Part shown: in pieces, positions 1-8,892 of the stretch
How positions within the stretch are numbered: the stretch's first letter is position 1
Layout of the letters: the number at the start of each line of letters is the position of its first letter
Origin: an uncultured virus (IMG/VR IMGVR_UViG_2891442665_000011)
Taxonomy: Duplodnaviria > Heunggongvirae > Uroviricota > Caudoviricetes
DNA: 64,000 bases
Strand: one strand, 5' to 3'
Virus record (IMG/VR): IMGVR_UViG_2891442665_000011
Notes under the pieces: model-generated
Seen by the model: only the letters and a program-made list of their open reading frames with translations
What the model was told of the DNA's origin: nothing
The model's database searches: none
Made by a program: the position numbers and the translations under genes

Positions 1-228
1 TTAAAACTCCAAAAATTTACAGGCTGGTGTATCCAACGCCTTAGCAATCCGCAACAGTGTGGTCAGGGAAATCGGTTTATACATCCCCGCCGCCTCAATC
101 TGCCCGATATAGGAGGTTGCAACATCCAGCCTTTCCGCCAGCATTTCCTGTGTCAAACCTGCCAGCTTGCGGTAATAGGCAATTTTCAAACCAATCTTCT
201 TGTATTCCTGCTCAAATTCATATTTCAT
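1..228 (-). CDS. XRE-family helix-turn-helix regulator
   Basis: IGLKIAYYRKLAGLTQEMLAERLDVATSYIGQIE HTH_3 pattern; GGAGGTG RBS upstream of ATG at 228. Host or phage origin unclear. Confidence 0.85.
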   Translation of the reverse strand: MKYEFEQEYKKIGLKIAYYRKLAGLTQEMLAERLDVATSYIGQIEAAGMYKPISLTTLLRIAKALDTPACKFLEF

Positions 229-368
229 GGGATACACCTCCCCGCATTTCATTCTACCGAAGTAGAGCAGGCGGTAGTATCCGAAAAATATATTGGAAAC
301 AAAAAATCCAGTGTTTTCAATGCTTTCATCGGTGAAGTGTAGGAATAGTCAAGAAATAAACGACTTTT

Positions 369-620
369 CTACACTTTCCGATACACTGTTTTACCCTTTA
401 TCGCAGAACCAGAAATATCTTCAATCCGGTTTCCATCCAAATCCTGAAGGGTATCGTAAAAGCACTGTTCGGCTGGATAATTGCTGAACAACGTTCCGGT
501 AACTATTGTACCATCTGCCATGTGTGCGGTACAACCCTTGAATAAGGTATCGGGAGTAACCGTATCGTTCGTGAGGTCGATTAGAATTTCTGTACCGTAA
601 ACGACCTTATTTACAGCCAT
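369..620 (-). CDS. Small tail-associated protein, paralog of the N-terminus of 625..1203
   Basis: MAVNKVVYG..LIDLT.DTVT vs MAINKVIYG..LIDLT.DSVT. Confidence 0.65.
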   Translation of the reverse strand: MAVNKVVYGTEILIDLTNDTVTPDTLFKGCTAHMADGTIVTGTLFSNYPAEQCFYDTLQDLDGNRIEDISGSAIKGKTVYRKV

Positions 621-624
621 CTAA

Positions 625-1203
625 TCACCCCGCAATCGTTACCGTTGTACCCCCTGCCGAATTAGCAGACTCAACGTAGGCGATAGGATTTATCACAACC
701 TGGGATAGATAATCAACTCCGTCATCAGGAAGGATTGTTTGCTTTACCGTAGAAGGCGTCGCTGTCTTTGCCTGCGCCGTAACGTCCGAAGATGGTTCAC
801 AGTCACCCTCTACTCCCAGAACATTGACACCCTTCTTAATATTGCCGGGTATGAGCTTAGCCCTTTCAGTTGCATCAAGCTGTACCGTGCCTGAGCCGTC
901 GTGATAACCGATTGGAATCGTATAGACCGAATCTTTGTCTGTAATCTCCTCGGAAACGGCCCCATTGTTCTTCATGGTACCGGAAACTTTGTTACCTCTT
1001 GCGTAGGCTGTTTGCCCGTTGAGAATTTCAGCAGCGGTTGCAGTAGCATCCGTAGAATCCACATCAAACAGGCAAGTGCCTTCGATTACTTCACCGCTCT
1101 TGTCGTGGGCAGTATAACCGGCCAGCAGTTTATCTTTTGTAACACTGTCACCGGTCAAATCAATCAAAGTATTGCCCCCGTAAATCACTTTATTGATCGC
1201 CAT
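625..1203 (-). CDS. Putative tail/baseplate-associated protein
   Basis: Thr/Gly/Asp-rich ORF with internal DATATAAEIL.G.TAY-type repeat; GGAGG RBS; distal structural module. Confidence 0.6.
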   Translation of the reverse strand: MAINKVIYGGNTLIDLTGDSVTKDKLLAGYTAHDKSGEVIEGTCLFDVDSTDATATAAEILNGQTAYARGNKVSGTMKNNGAVSEEITDKDSVYTIPIGYHDGSGTVQLDATERAKLIPGNIKKGVNVLGVEGDCEPSSDVTAQAKTATPSTVKQTILPDDGVDYLSQVVINPIAYVESANSAGGTTVTIAG

Positions 1204-1495
1204 TTGCATCCACCTCCTTTGCAATATAAGCGGTCGTGCCGTTGGACTCGTTGCTGGTTTCCCAATAAGGAACCTCCGTAACCAAAATATCCTCCTTCAG
1301 CACCTTATTTGCGGTGTTCAAAATTTGAGAACCGGATGCTTTGGGAACGACCTTATAATCCCCGGAGTAAGTGTCATATTCCCTTGTCACGCAGATTGAC
1401 CCATTCAGACTTTCAATCCCTGAAAGAGTCCCTTTCAGAACAGATTCGCCCGATATTTTTCCGCTTAACGAATCCAGCGCCCGTATACCGCTCAT
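1190..1495 (-). CDS. Hypothetical phage structural protein
   Basis: Translationally coupled ORF in the same operon. Confidence 0.55.
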   Translation of the reverse strand: MSGIRALDSLSGKISGESVLKGTLSGIESLNGSICVTREYDTYSGDYKVVPKASGSQILNTANKVLKEDILVTEVPYWETSNESNGTTAYIAKEVDANGDQ

Positions 1496-1496
1496 A

Positions 1497-1829
1497 TCAG
1501 CACACCTCCTCCGTTATTTTAATTTTAGAGGCAGTGATGAACGTATCCACTTCTCCGGACTCCTTCGTCAATTGGACATCGTACACATAAGTTCCAAAAG
1601 CGAGGTCTTTTGTATCTTCCGGGTTCAAAACCAGTTTCAGCGTATCAATCGGAATATCTTTTACCAGCAAAGTATCTTCATCCGTATAGTTGGATTTCAT
1701 CGCGAAACGAACAGAATCCCCTTCGGATGGTACATATGGATCTCCATTTGATTGGGTAATGGAAATCTGAGCCATGAAAGTATCGCCCCGCGTAAGAGTA
1801 ATGGTTGTTCCGGAAACCTTATAGCTCAT
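1497..1829 (-). CDS. BppU-N-like baseplate-associated protein
   Basis: ITLTRGDT...GTYVYDVQL pattern; GGAGGAG RBS. Confidence 0.55.
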   Translation of the reverse strand: MSYKVSGTTITLTRGDTFMAQISITQSNGDPYVPSEGDSVRFAMKSNYTDEDTLLVKDIPIDTLKLVLNPEDTKDLAFGTYVYDVQLTKESGEVDTFITASKIKITEEVC

Positions 1830-1953
1830 AGCTCTCCTCCATTTCTGTCTGGCAATCAAAAACGGCTATACCCTCCACAATAATAAAAGCCGCCCACACA
1901 CGATAGGCAGCGAATCATAGAAGAGTATAGCCATAAAGATTGCATTTGCGATG

Positions 1954-2160
1954 TTATTTGGCGTCCTTGTTGTAGTTTGCAGCGCTGATTCCCAGAAGAA
2001 CGCCCAGGAAAGTGTCAACAGCCGTAATGGTACCGACTACCTGCTCGCCACAGGGCAGACCCCAGATGCCGGCCAGAGCAAAATATAAAGTGCCGGCTGC
2101 CGGAAGCAGATACTGCGCAATCCATTTCAGGGTATCGTAGGTTTTGTTACTCATCTTCAT
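1954..2160 (-). CDS. Holin (Dp-1-like)
   Basis: 68 aa, MSNKTYDTLKWIAQYLLPA, two hydrophobic segments. Confidence 0.8.
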   Translation of the reverse strand: MKMSNKTYDTLKWIAQYLLPAAGTLYFALAGIWGLPCGEQVVGTITAVDTFLGVLLGISAANYNKDAK

Positions 2161-2174
2161 GATTTGTTTCCTCC

Positions 2175-2507
2175 TTAAAATCCAAGTTGTTTAAAAATAT
2201 ATCCGAGAATGATTCCGATAATGGCGGTTACTGCGTAACCAACTACTTTCCGCCACATATCTCCATCCCGGCTTTCCAACGTTTCCAAACGTTTTCCCTG
2301 AGAGACCTGTTCTTTTAACATGTTCTCCATGTTTAAAGCGAGTTTCTCCACAGAGGTGCTGATAAAAGCGACCTGTTTTACGGTTTCTTCAAGAACTTCC
2401 AAACGATGATTCTGCCGGTTGTTCTCGTCTTCTAACCGCTTATTTTCCGCATCCATGCTGCGTCGAAACTCGTTGTGTTCTTCACGAGAAATATAATCTC
2501 CTTCCAT
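2175..2507 (-). CDS. XhlA/holin-associated coiled-coil protein with C-terminal TM helix
   Basis: Coiled coil plus a C-terminal hydrophobic helix; directly upstream of the holin. Confidence 0.55.
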   Translation of the reverse strand: MEGDYISREEHNEFRRSMDAENKRLEDENNRQNHRLEVLEETVKQVAFISTSVEKLALNMENMLKEQVSQGKRLETLESRDGDMWRKVVGYAVTAIIGIILGYIFKQLGF

Positions 2508-2513
2508 GCTTAT

Positions 2514-3710
2514 TTATTCCTCCTTATCAAATATAACAAGCTTTTTCCCAACAATTGAAAGCGTCTTATCAAACAAGTCTTCATACAGCGTTATAAGATT
2601 TTTTCGTTGTTGTCTTGATAAAAGCTTGTAGAAACTGCCCATCCAGCCTCGGAACATATTCTCAATATTCTCGTATGGGATTTCTCCATTAGCAACTTTT
2701 ATAGCCAGTTTCTTTAGCTTTCTGCGCATAGTCGTAACCCTATCCGGGTTGATTCTTTTAACGATTTTTCCATCCTTGGTAAGTGTGTATTTCACTTGCA
2801 GGAATTTGTATGTACTGGATATTTTAACGATGCGAGTCTTCTTCTCGTTGATGTGAATACCCAGTTCTTTGGCGATTACACGAATATGCTCAAGCAAGTC
2901 CACCAGTTCTTCTTTGCTTAGGTTCATGATGTACCAGTCATCCATATAACGACCGTAAAATTTCTGGCTTCTTACATATTTCACATAGTTGTCAATGCGG
3001 TATGGATAGTAAATCCCGATGACTTGTGAAAGCTGATCGCCAATGTTTACCGATTTTTCCATCCACTTCTCGCCGGTTAATTGTTCCTTGGGTATTTCCC
3101 TGTAATCCAGCTTGTTAAACGTTTCGGTCATACAATTGGCGTATTCTTCATCTGTCATGTAAGAAACATCAATTTTGAACCCGTCAAATATAAGTGTTAG
3201 AAGCCAGTCAATAAACTCGTCATCGTCAAAGAGCTTTAACAGTTCCCGCTTCGCTATCTCATGAATGATATTGTCGTAGAATTTTGAGAAGTCTCCGAAC
3301 AGAATCCATCCTTCGTTGCCATACTGCTTGTAGTACCGTCGGAGATGCACCTCAAAACGCTCTCTTTGGTGTGAAATTCCTCTACCTTTGATGGAAGCGC
3401 CATTATCATAAATAATATGCTTCTTGACCTCTGGTAACAAAATCTCGTCACATAAAGCATGGCGAACAATACGGTCTCTGATTCGGATACTTGATATAGG
3501 TCTTACTCGGCCCCGCTCAGACAGAGAAAACTCCTCAACAGGACCATTTTCTAAAGTCCGGTTAAGAAGGTCTTCCTGGATAGAAAATATGTACCTTAGA
3601 AAGTTCATCATGAACTTCTGCGTCGTTTCTTTCCATTTACTGCCTTTTACGGAAGCCTTGTAAGCCCTATACAAGTTGTTGGCGTCAGACAAAATCTCTT
3701 CATACGTCAT
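2514..3710 (-). CDS. DGR reverse transcriptase
   Basis: 398 aa; RYMDD catalytic motif, IGDQLSQ (DGR-type SQ), DFSKFYDNI, RDRIVRH; adjacent to TR and avd. Confidence 0.96.
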   Translation of the reverse strand: MTYEEILSDANNLYRAYKASVKGSKWKETTQKFMMNFLRYIFSIQEDLLNRTLENGPVEEFSLSERGRVRPISSIRIRDRIVRHALCDEILLPEVKKHIIYDNGASIKGRGISHQRERFEVHLRRYYKQYGNEGWILFGDFSKFYDNIIHEIAKRELLKLFDDDEFIDWLLTLIFDGFKIDVSYMTDEEYANCMTETFNKLDYREIPKEQLTGEKWMEKSVNIGDQLSQVIGIYYPYRIDNYVKYVRSQKFYGRYMDDWYIMNLSKEELVDLLEHIRVIAKELGIHINEKKTRIVKISSTYKFLQVKYTLTKDGKIVKRINPDRVTTMRRKLKKLAIKVANGEIPYENIENMFRGWMGSFYKLLSRQQRKNLITLYEDLFDKTLSIVGKKLVIFDKEE

Positions 3711-3819
3711 AATTATTCACCGTGATAGCAATACTTACCGTAGTAAATTGCGTCCAGCTTTGTCATTTATCCTTGATGGAAAGGACAACGTCTCCTTCTC
3801 AGTTGGTTAGACAGAGAAT

Positions 3820-3908
3820 CCGGACGAACCCCGTTAGAGTTCGAAGCGTTGTTGTAGTTCGTATTGTCATTGCTGTTCACATTGGCGAAATTAGCCGAAG
3901 AAACGACG
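3820..3908 (-). repeat. DGR template repeat (TR)
   Basis: AAC/AAT-rich non-coding 89-nt segment between avd and RT; differs from 4991-5079 and 53902-53988 only at TR adenines. Confidence 0.97.
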
Positions 3909-3912
3909 CGAT

Positions 3913-4407
3913 TTAGACATTGCCCTGTAAGTATGCTTTGATTTTGTTGTCACGCTGACGCCATTTCTTTATCAAACCGATTTCTCGGTCGATAGCATTA
4001 ACATATCTGCCATAGGTATTAACATCCACCTCGAAGATTTCCACGATTCGCTGAAGCTCTTTGAGAATCTGCTCGCAATTTATAATCGCATTGTTCTGAT
4101 AGTCCCGCCGCTGTTCATACTCGCGCATAGAAGTGGGATACGTTGAATTAGCTGCCCTTACGTTGCTCGTCAATTGAGATGCCAACTGGTCGATTCGATT
4201 TTTAAAATTAGTCATCAAATATCGATACTTCGCAAAGTCTTCCGTCTCATCCTTTCCATAGGCATAACGGACCCGTACCAGATGGTCTAAATCTTTTACC
4301 CCAAAACTTCTCTGCATGAAGTCAAGCAGCATGTCATGTAAATCTATCGAGAAGGTAATGGCCTCAAATTTGGATTCCTTACGTTTACTTGCCAGGACGC
4401 TCATCAA
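3913..4407 (-). CDS. avd: DGR accessory variability determinant (Avd-like four-helix bundle)
   Basis: 164-aa basic helical protein (MSVLASKRKES...WRQRD) ending immediately before TR. Confidence 0.85.
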   Translation of the reverse strand: MMSVLASKRKESKFEAITFSIDLHDMLLDFMQRSFGVKDLDHLVRVRYAYGKDETEDFAKYRYLMTNFKNRIDQLASQLTSNVRAANSTYPTSMREYEQRRDYQNNAIINCEQILKELQRIVEIFEVDVNTYGRYVNAIDREIGLIKKWRQRDNKIKAYLQGNV

Positions 4408-4544
4408 TAAGCGGCTCCGGTAATCTCAGCAAACTCTTCCTCGGTAATCCAGCCCTTTACTACGGCATTACGAACGCGGGTCAGATCCCACAGTTTTCTG
4501 TTGTAGAAACCCTTTACTTTGTCGTAATTCTTGCTATGTTCCAT
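4404..4544 (-). CDS. XkdX-like small protein
   Basis: 46 aa, KVKGFY...AVVKGWITEEEFAEITG pattern; AAAGGAGA RBS. Confidence 0.75.
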   Translation of the reverse strand: MEHSKNYDKVKGFYNRKLWDLTRVRNAVVKGWITEEEFAEITGAAY

Positions 4545-4558
4545 GGTGCTCTCCTTTC

Positions 4559-4867
4559 TTAAAGCTCGACGTCGCACATCATAGCGAGATATTCGAGGTC
4601 GGACTTGAGCTTTGTCTGTTCCAGTTCTTTCTGCGGAATATCCCGAAGGACAAACCACGACTTTTTATCAACAGTCGTCACCTGAACCAAATCCATGTGT
4701 TCATGAACTTCTTCATTGGTTCCGTCGTTGATGATGACCGGGGAACACGTTCCGTCGAAGATGGAAGCGTCAATAGCCTCCTCGGAAATGAAATTGTTCC
4801 CGTTCATGGTAAGGTTGTCAAGGATGGTTCCATCGGCAAGGGTGATTCTATAAGTTTTCTCATCCAT
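4559..4867 (-). CDS. XkdW-like tail-fibre-associated protein
   Basis: C-terminal KSDLEYLAMMCDVEL; directly upstream of the XkdX-like gene. Confidence 0.55.
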   Translation of the reverse strand: MDEKTYRITLADGTILDNLTMNGNNFISEEAIDASIFDGTCSPVIINDGTNEEVHEHMDLVQVTTVDKKSWFVLRDIPQKELEQTKLKSDLEYLAMMCDVEL

Positions 4868-4898
4868 TTTGATTCTTCCTTTCACTTAATTTTTTACT

Positions 4899-4929
4899 GT
4901 TATAACACAAGATTCTGTCACCTGAGTAC
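4899..4929 (-). promoter_or_regulatory. Putative promoter for the xkdW-xkdX-avd-TR-RT operon
   Basis: GTACTCAGGTGACAGAA-N5-TG-N-TATAAC; near-identical motif with the same spacing at 59055-59085. Confidence 0.55.
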
Positions 4930-4949
4930 GGTGTTTTCTTTCGGAGCGA

Positions 4950-4966
4950 GGGGGCACGAGGCCCCC
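4950..4966. other. DGR target-recognition hairpin downstream of VR1
   Basis: GGGGGC-ACGAG-GCCCCC, 4 nt after the target stop codon. Confidence 0.8.
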
Positions 4967-4970
4967 AGAT

Positions 4971-5951
4971 TTAGCCAACCAACCCGAAGACCGGACGAAC
5001 CCCGCGAGAGTCCGAAGCGCCGGCGCAGTTCGCACGGCCAATGCTGCCCACATGGGCGAAAAGAGCCGAAGAAACGACGTCTCTCAGCCAATACCAATAT
5101 CTCCCAGGATTGATGAATCTCGGATACATCTTCATCAACGCCAACTGGGTCTTGTCGATGGTGTAACGGTTCGGAACGAAAGAACCGTCTCCGGCCGGGG
5201 TAAACACCAGACTCCCGTACATCATGATTTCATTCGGAAGTTCAACCGTAGAATCGTACCAGGCGCCGGCAGAAGGATAACCATTGGTTACGGCATTAGT
5301 CAGATATTCCCTGTGTGTGAGAATATTGGTAGAACCGAAAGCCGAGTTCACCAAAGTCTTTGCATTGGCCAGATTAGCCGTATACATCAGTGAGCCGACA
5401 TAACCGCCGGTGGTGATATTGGTTTCATTCATCTTGGCGTTATACAAAGCGGCATCCGGCATAATTACCAGATGAGGAGTTGTACAGGAAGTGTCGCCAG
5501 AATTCAACCAATAGTTGATATCGACAATTCTCCAAATCCTGTCTCCGATGCTCCAATAATCCCCGATGAAGAACCCTTTGAATGTGCCAGCCCTGATCTG
5601 GGCTTTCTGAGCCGTAGTCAAAGCCGTTCCAAGATTCTTTCCACGGAAAATATTCCGGCGCTGCTCTACAGAGATGACAGCATCCAAAATCCCCCAGAAA
5701 GCATCGTTGACCGTAATGCCCTTATTGCCGTCCGCAGCAGAAACCATCAGCCTGTCCGTTGCGGAAACTGAAGAAACCTGAGTAAGCTGTGAGACATTCA
5801 TCTTGGCGAGGTAATCCTGAGAAGAACTAACCGCAACAAGTGCTGCGAGCAAATCTCTCGCAAGAATTGTCTTTGTCCCGCCGTCCCCGTCAACAAGCAG
5901 AACGTTGTTGGCGAGGAGCTGTGTTACTTTTTCGTAATCTGTAATTTTCAT
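4971..5951 (-). CDS. DGR target 1: tail-associated protein with C-terminal C-type-lectin-like (DUF6273-like) variable domain
   Basis: C-terminal YWYWLRD...GVRPVF contains VR1; located in the tail-fibre region. Confidence 0.9.
   Translation of the reverse strand: MKITDYEKVTQLLANNVLLVDGDGGTKTILARDLLAALVAVSSSQDYLAKMNVSQLTQVSSVSATDRLMVSAADGNKGITVNDAFWGILDAVISVEQRRNIFRGKNLGTALTTAQKAQIRAGTFKGFFIGDYWSIGDRIWRIVDINYWLNSGDTSCTTPHLVIMPDAALYNAKMNETNITTGGYVGSLMYTANLANAKTLVNSAFGSTNILTHREYLTNAVTNGYPSAGAWYDSTVELPNEIMMYGSLVFTPAGDGSFVPNRYTIDKTQLALMKMYPRFINPGRYWYWLRDVVSSALFAHVGSIGRANCAGASDSRGVRPVFGLVG
4991..5079 (-). repeat. DGR variable repeat 1 (VR1)
   Basis: 18 mismatches to TR, all at TR adenines (24 A in the core). 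Confidence 0.97.
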
Positions 5952-5970
5952 TACTTAATCCGCCTTTCTT

Positions 5971-6297
5971 TTAATTTCTAACAAATATAGCCTGACTGAA
6001 AATCGGGTTGTTCCCGCCGTCAAGAATTTGTTCAGTTGAATAAGACCGACCGTTCAAACCTCTGGATTCACTGTCTTTAACAGCATCCTCCACAGAGTCT
6101 AATACAGAATATAAACCCCTTCTTGCATTATCTCTGAGGTATCCGGAGACCTGAAATTCTTTCGGTATGCCTTCCATGAATTTAGCCAACAGATCAGAAT
6201 AAGTCCGGCTCTCAATCGGATTCTCATTGTTGTCCATAACCGGATTCTTCTCCGCATCTGTAATTGCCGATAGGAACACAAAGATGTTATCAAACAT
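5971..6297 (-). CDS. Hypothetical tail-region protein with D-x-x-x-N-P-I repeats
   Basis: AGGAGG RBS; repeats resemble the C-terminus of 6309..7817. Confidence 0.6.
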   Translation of the reverse strand: MFDNIFVFLSAITDAEKNPVMDNNENPIESRTYSDLLAKFMEGIPKEFQVSGYLRDNARRGLYSVLDSVEDAVKDSESRGLNGRSYSTEQILDGGNNPIFSQAIFVRN

Positions 6298-6308
6298 AGG
6301 CTCCTCCT

Positions 6309-7817
6309 TTACTTCGTGACAAATATGGTTTTGCCTCTGATGACATCGCCTTTATCATCAAGGAGCTGCTCTGTCTGATCTGCATCCGGATTGTTCACAT
6401 ACAGCCATGTACCGCCATCGGTCAGAATCTGATAAACCGTAAATTCGTTGGCGAGTCCGTCAAACGCCTGCTCAATAGCCGCTAAGCGTCGTTTCACATC
6501 TTCGAGCTCTTCGCTGACATCAGAACCCTTCTTAACAACGAATGTAACCCTTTTTCCCTCAATCGGCTTATTATCGCCATCCAGAACCGATGAATCCGAA
6601 GAGTCGTTAAGACTGTCATAAATCGAATGGGTATTTGTAAGCTCATTTTGAAAATCTACAAGCTTATTTATCCGCTCGTTGAGAATGACAAGTTCATTGG
6701 CGAATGCCGAAACATCCTCGCCATCAATGAGATCCTTAATGGAATCCCACCAGTCCCGGAAATCCTTATCAATGGAACTTTTCCAATCAGCAAACTCTTT
6801 GGTATTGGCATTCACATAATCGTAGAACCAACCGCTCCAAAGAGCTTTCCAATTAGCGTTCGTCTCCTGCATTTCCGTAGTTTGACTGCTGAAAAACTCC
6901 TCCCACTGATGTTCCCAGTTCAGATAGGCTTCCTGAATCTCTGTTGTCTGAGCTTCAAACCATATCCTCCACTGATTTTTCCAGAAAGAGCTGTACTCTG
7001 TGAAATCGTCTGTTACAAGCTTTTTCCAGTATGCCAGCTCCCGGCTGCTGTTGTTGACGTAGTCATAAAACCACTTTTGCCACATATCTTTCCAGTAATC
7101 AGCAGTGTCGGTAATCTCGTTCACATGTGCGTTATAAAACTCCTCCCACTGATGTTCCCAGTTCAGATAGGCTTCCTGAATCTCTGTTGTCTGAGCTTCA
7201 AACCATATCCTCCACTGATTTTTCCAGAAAGAATTTGCAGACTCCATATCGGCAGTCTGAGCACCATAGAACGCTTTCCACTGGTCCCCCCACTGCGCCA
7301 CCAAAGCATCGATAGACATCTTTTCAAGTGGGGCTGTGACAAACGGACACGCCGATGTACCGACACAGTTTGTAATGTTCGCCTGCCTGATTGCTGTCAC
7401 GCCGGCATTCACACGAATATAAGCAAGCGGATACTGCCAGCGGTCATTCGTCTTTATCAGTGTCGGATTCTTCGGGCTGGATGCGGGAGTTCCTTTGATA
7501 ATCTTTATTGAATTTGCCCGCACCGATTCCCTGGCATCGACTTCCAACACAACCGCGTCAATCCGGTTAAGAATTACTTCCGATAAGGGAAGGGTCAGAG
7601 GCAATAGGGCGTCGTTCAATGTCCATGTGTGATTAAACCATGCTCTGCCGATTCCAACATTAACCATCATGCCTTCGGATTCCTTAACCATCATGGCAGT
7701 TCCAAAATGCTGCAAAACTCCGTCCCGAATAATTCCGTCAAAAATACTGGACATTTGAATTGCGTCGTATCTTCGATCACGGTTTTTGGAATTGTAAAAC
7801 CCATAGGTAACACTCAT
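6309..7817 (-). CDS. Baseplate/tail protein with Trp-rich coiled-coil repeats
   Basis: YGFYNS...RYDA N-terminus typical of siphophage minor tail proteins; follows the Gp37-like gene. Confidence 0.7.
   Translation of the reverse strand: MSVTYGFYNSKNRDRRYDAIQMSSIFDGIIRDGVLQHFGTAMMVKESEGMMVNVGIGRAWFNHTWTLNDALLPLTLPLSEVILNRIDAVVLEVDARESVRANSIKIIKGTPASSPKNPTLIKTNDRWQYPLAYIRVNAGVTAIRQANITNCVGTSACPFVTAPLEKMSIDALVAQWGDQWKAFYGAQTADMESANSFWKNQWRIWFEAQTTEIQEAYLNWEHQWEEFYNAHVNEITDTADYWKDMWQKWFYDYVNNSSRELAYWKKLVTDDFTEYSSFWKNQWRIWFEAQTTEIQEAYLNWEHQWEEFFSSQTTEMQETNANWKALWSGWFYDYVNANTKEFADWKSSIDKDFRDWWDSIKDLIDGEDVSAFANELVILNERINKLVDFQNELTNTHSIYDSLNDSSDSSVLDGDNKPIEGKRVTFVVKKGSDVSEELEDVKRRLAAIEQAFDGLANEFTVYQILTDGGTWLYVNNPDADQTEQLLDDKGDVIRGKTIFVTK
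6893..7232. repeat. Perfect 97-bp direct repeat (6893-6989 and 7136-7232)
   Basis: Identical copies 243 bp apart, encoding FWKNQWRIWFEAQTTEIQEAYLNWEHQWEEF twice. Confidence 0.9.
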
Positions 7818-8890
7818 TATTCATCGCCTCCTTCCGTTGTTTTAAATGTTGGATATACGGATGCCCCTTCGGAATCTTCAGTCATAACGATTTCCACAAT
7901 CCTGGCTTTCGTTTCATGTCCATACTCGTTTGCAATCTGAATGACATCTCCATTAAAGAAATCCTCACCGTATTTAAACATAACGGTAGTTTCCACCTGT
8001 CCTTCAAAAGATGTTACATCTGTATTCTCCGCTAACTTTTCTTTACCCCTTTGTTGCAGTAATGCCGTATACTCTGCATCGGTTAAGGTGACATCGTTAC
8101 CGACATCCGAAGAAATATCTCTTGCATCGGTAAAAAGCTCCCGGCGGTTCAAACCGCTTCCGCCGCCAACTGTCGTGTATCTTCTTGAAGAACCTTCTCC
8201 CTCACCGCCAACCAGCGTGACATTTTTCAACGCCGACTTTGATTCGACATAATTGCTGTTGATGATATTTTCGAAATTGGGGGAAAAGACCACATATGGA
8301 TTTGCTGTCTGGTCGTAAGACCTGTCAACACCGGAATAGAGTTTAAACACGAACTGCTTTTTATCGTTCAGTGTAATCTTGAACCCGATATCACGCTCAC
8401 TGCAAATCTTGTTTATCACACTATACAGATTATCCCCCGTATACTGAGCGTCGATTGTCAGCTTTGTAATCGCCGGGTCGGTAGATGCTTCAAAAATGAA
8501 ATTGCTGATACGGCGATTGCTATCGGAAGGGGAAATGACGTTTTTGTTCAGGAGTGTCCGGATTCCATTTTGAAGATTTCCCCTTATGGTCTGTTGCCCC
8601 CAGACAATTCTCCTGTCCAAGATAGATTCCAGCGACCTACCGGTTACGGTGATATGATTTCCGTCCTCGGAATCTGAGGTGATTCTTATCTTTTCGATAA
8701 TCATACAATGCTCCGATTCCCGATTCTGCAAATAGTAATCCTGCCGTATGTAACTAAGAATGGTGCTTGTCATGGATGTGAAAAGCTCGAAATCACCATA
8801 CTCATAATACCGGTCTGTCCAGATAAAAGACTCGTATACATCCACGATGGAGACCGCATCCAGATTTGTGTTTAAAACTATCAAATCCAT
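7817..8890 (-). CDS. Minor tail protein (ReqiPepy6 Gp37-like)
   Basis: YESFIWTDRYYEYGDFEL...RRELFTDARD pattern; follows the distal tail gene. Confidence 0.75.
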   Translation of the reverse strand: MDLIVLNTNLDAVSIVDVYESFIWTDRYYEYGDFELFTSMTSTILSYIRQDYYLQNRESEHCMIIEKIRITSDSEDGNHITVTGRSLESILDRRIVWGQQTIRGNLQNGIRTLLNKNVISPSDSNRRISNFIFEASTDPAITKLTIDAQYTGDNLYSVINKICSERDIGFKITLNDKKQFVFKLYSGVDRSYDQTANPYVVFSPNFENIINSNYVESKSALKNVTLVGGEGEGSSRRYTTVGGGSGLNRRELFTDARDISSDVGNDVTLTDAEYTALLQQRGKEKLAENTDVTSFEGQVETTVMFKYGEDFFNGDVIQIANEYGHETKARIVEIVMTEDSEGASVYPTFKTTEGGDE

Positions 8891-8892
8891 CG

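Noticed and set aside
241..300. att core direct repeat with 62325-62400
   Set aside because: Only a short AAGTAG match was found; too weak to call.
2514..3710. Group II intron, retron or Abi RT
   Set aside because: Avd, TR and two adenine-specific VRs identify it as a DGR; there is no maturase or endonuclease extension.
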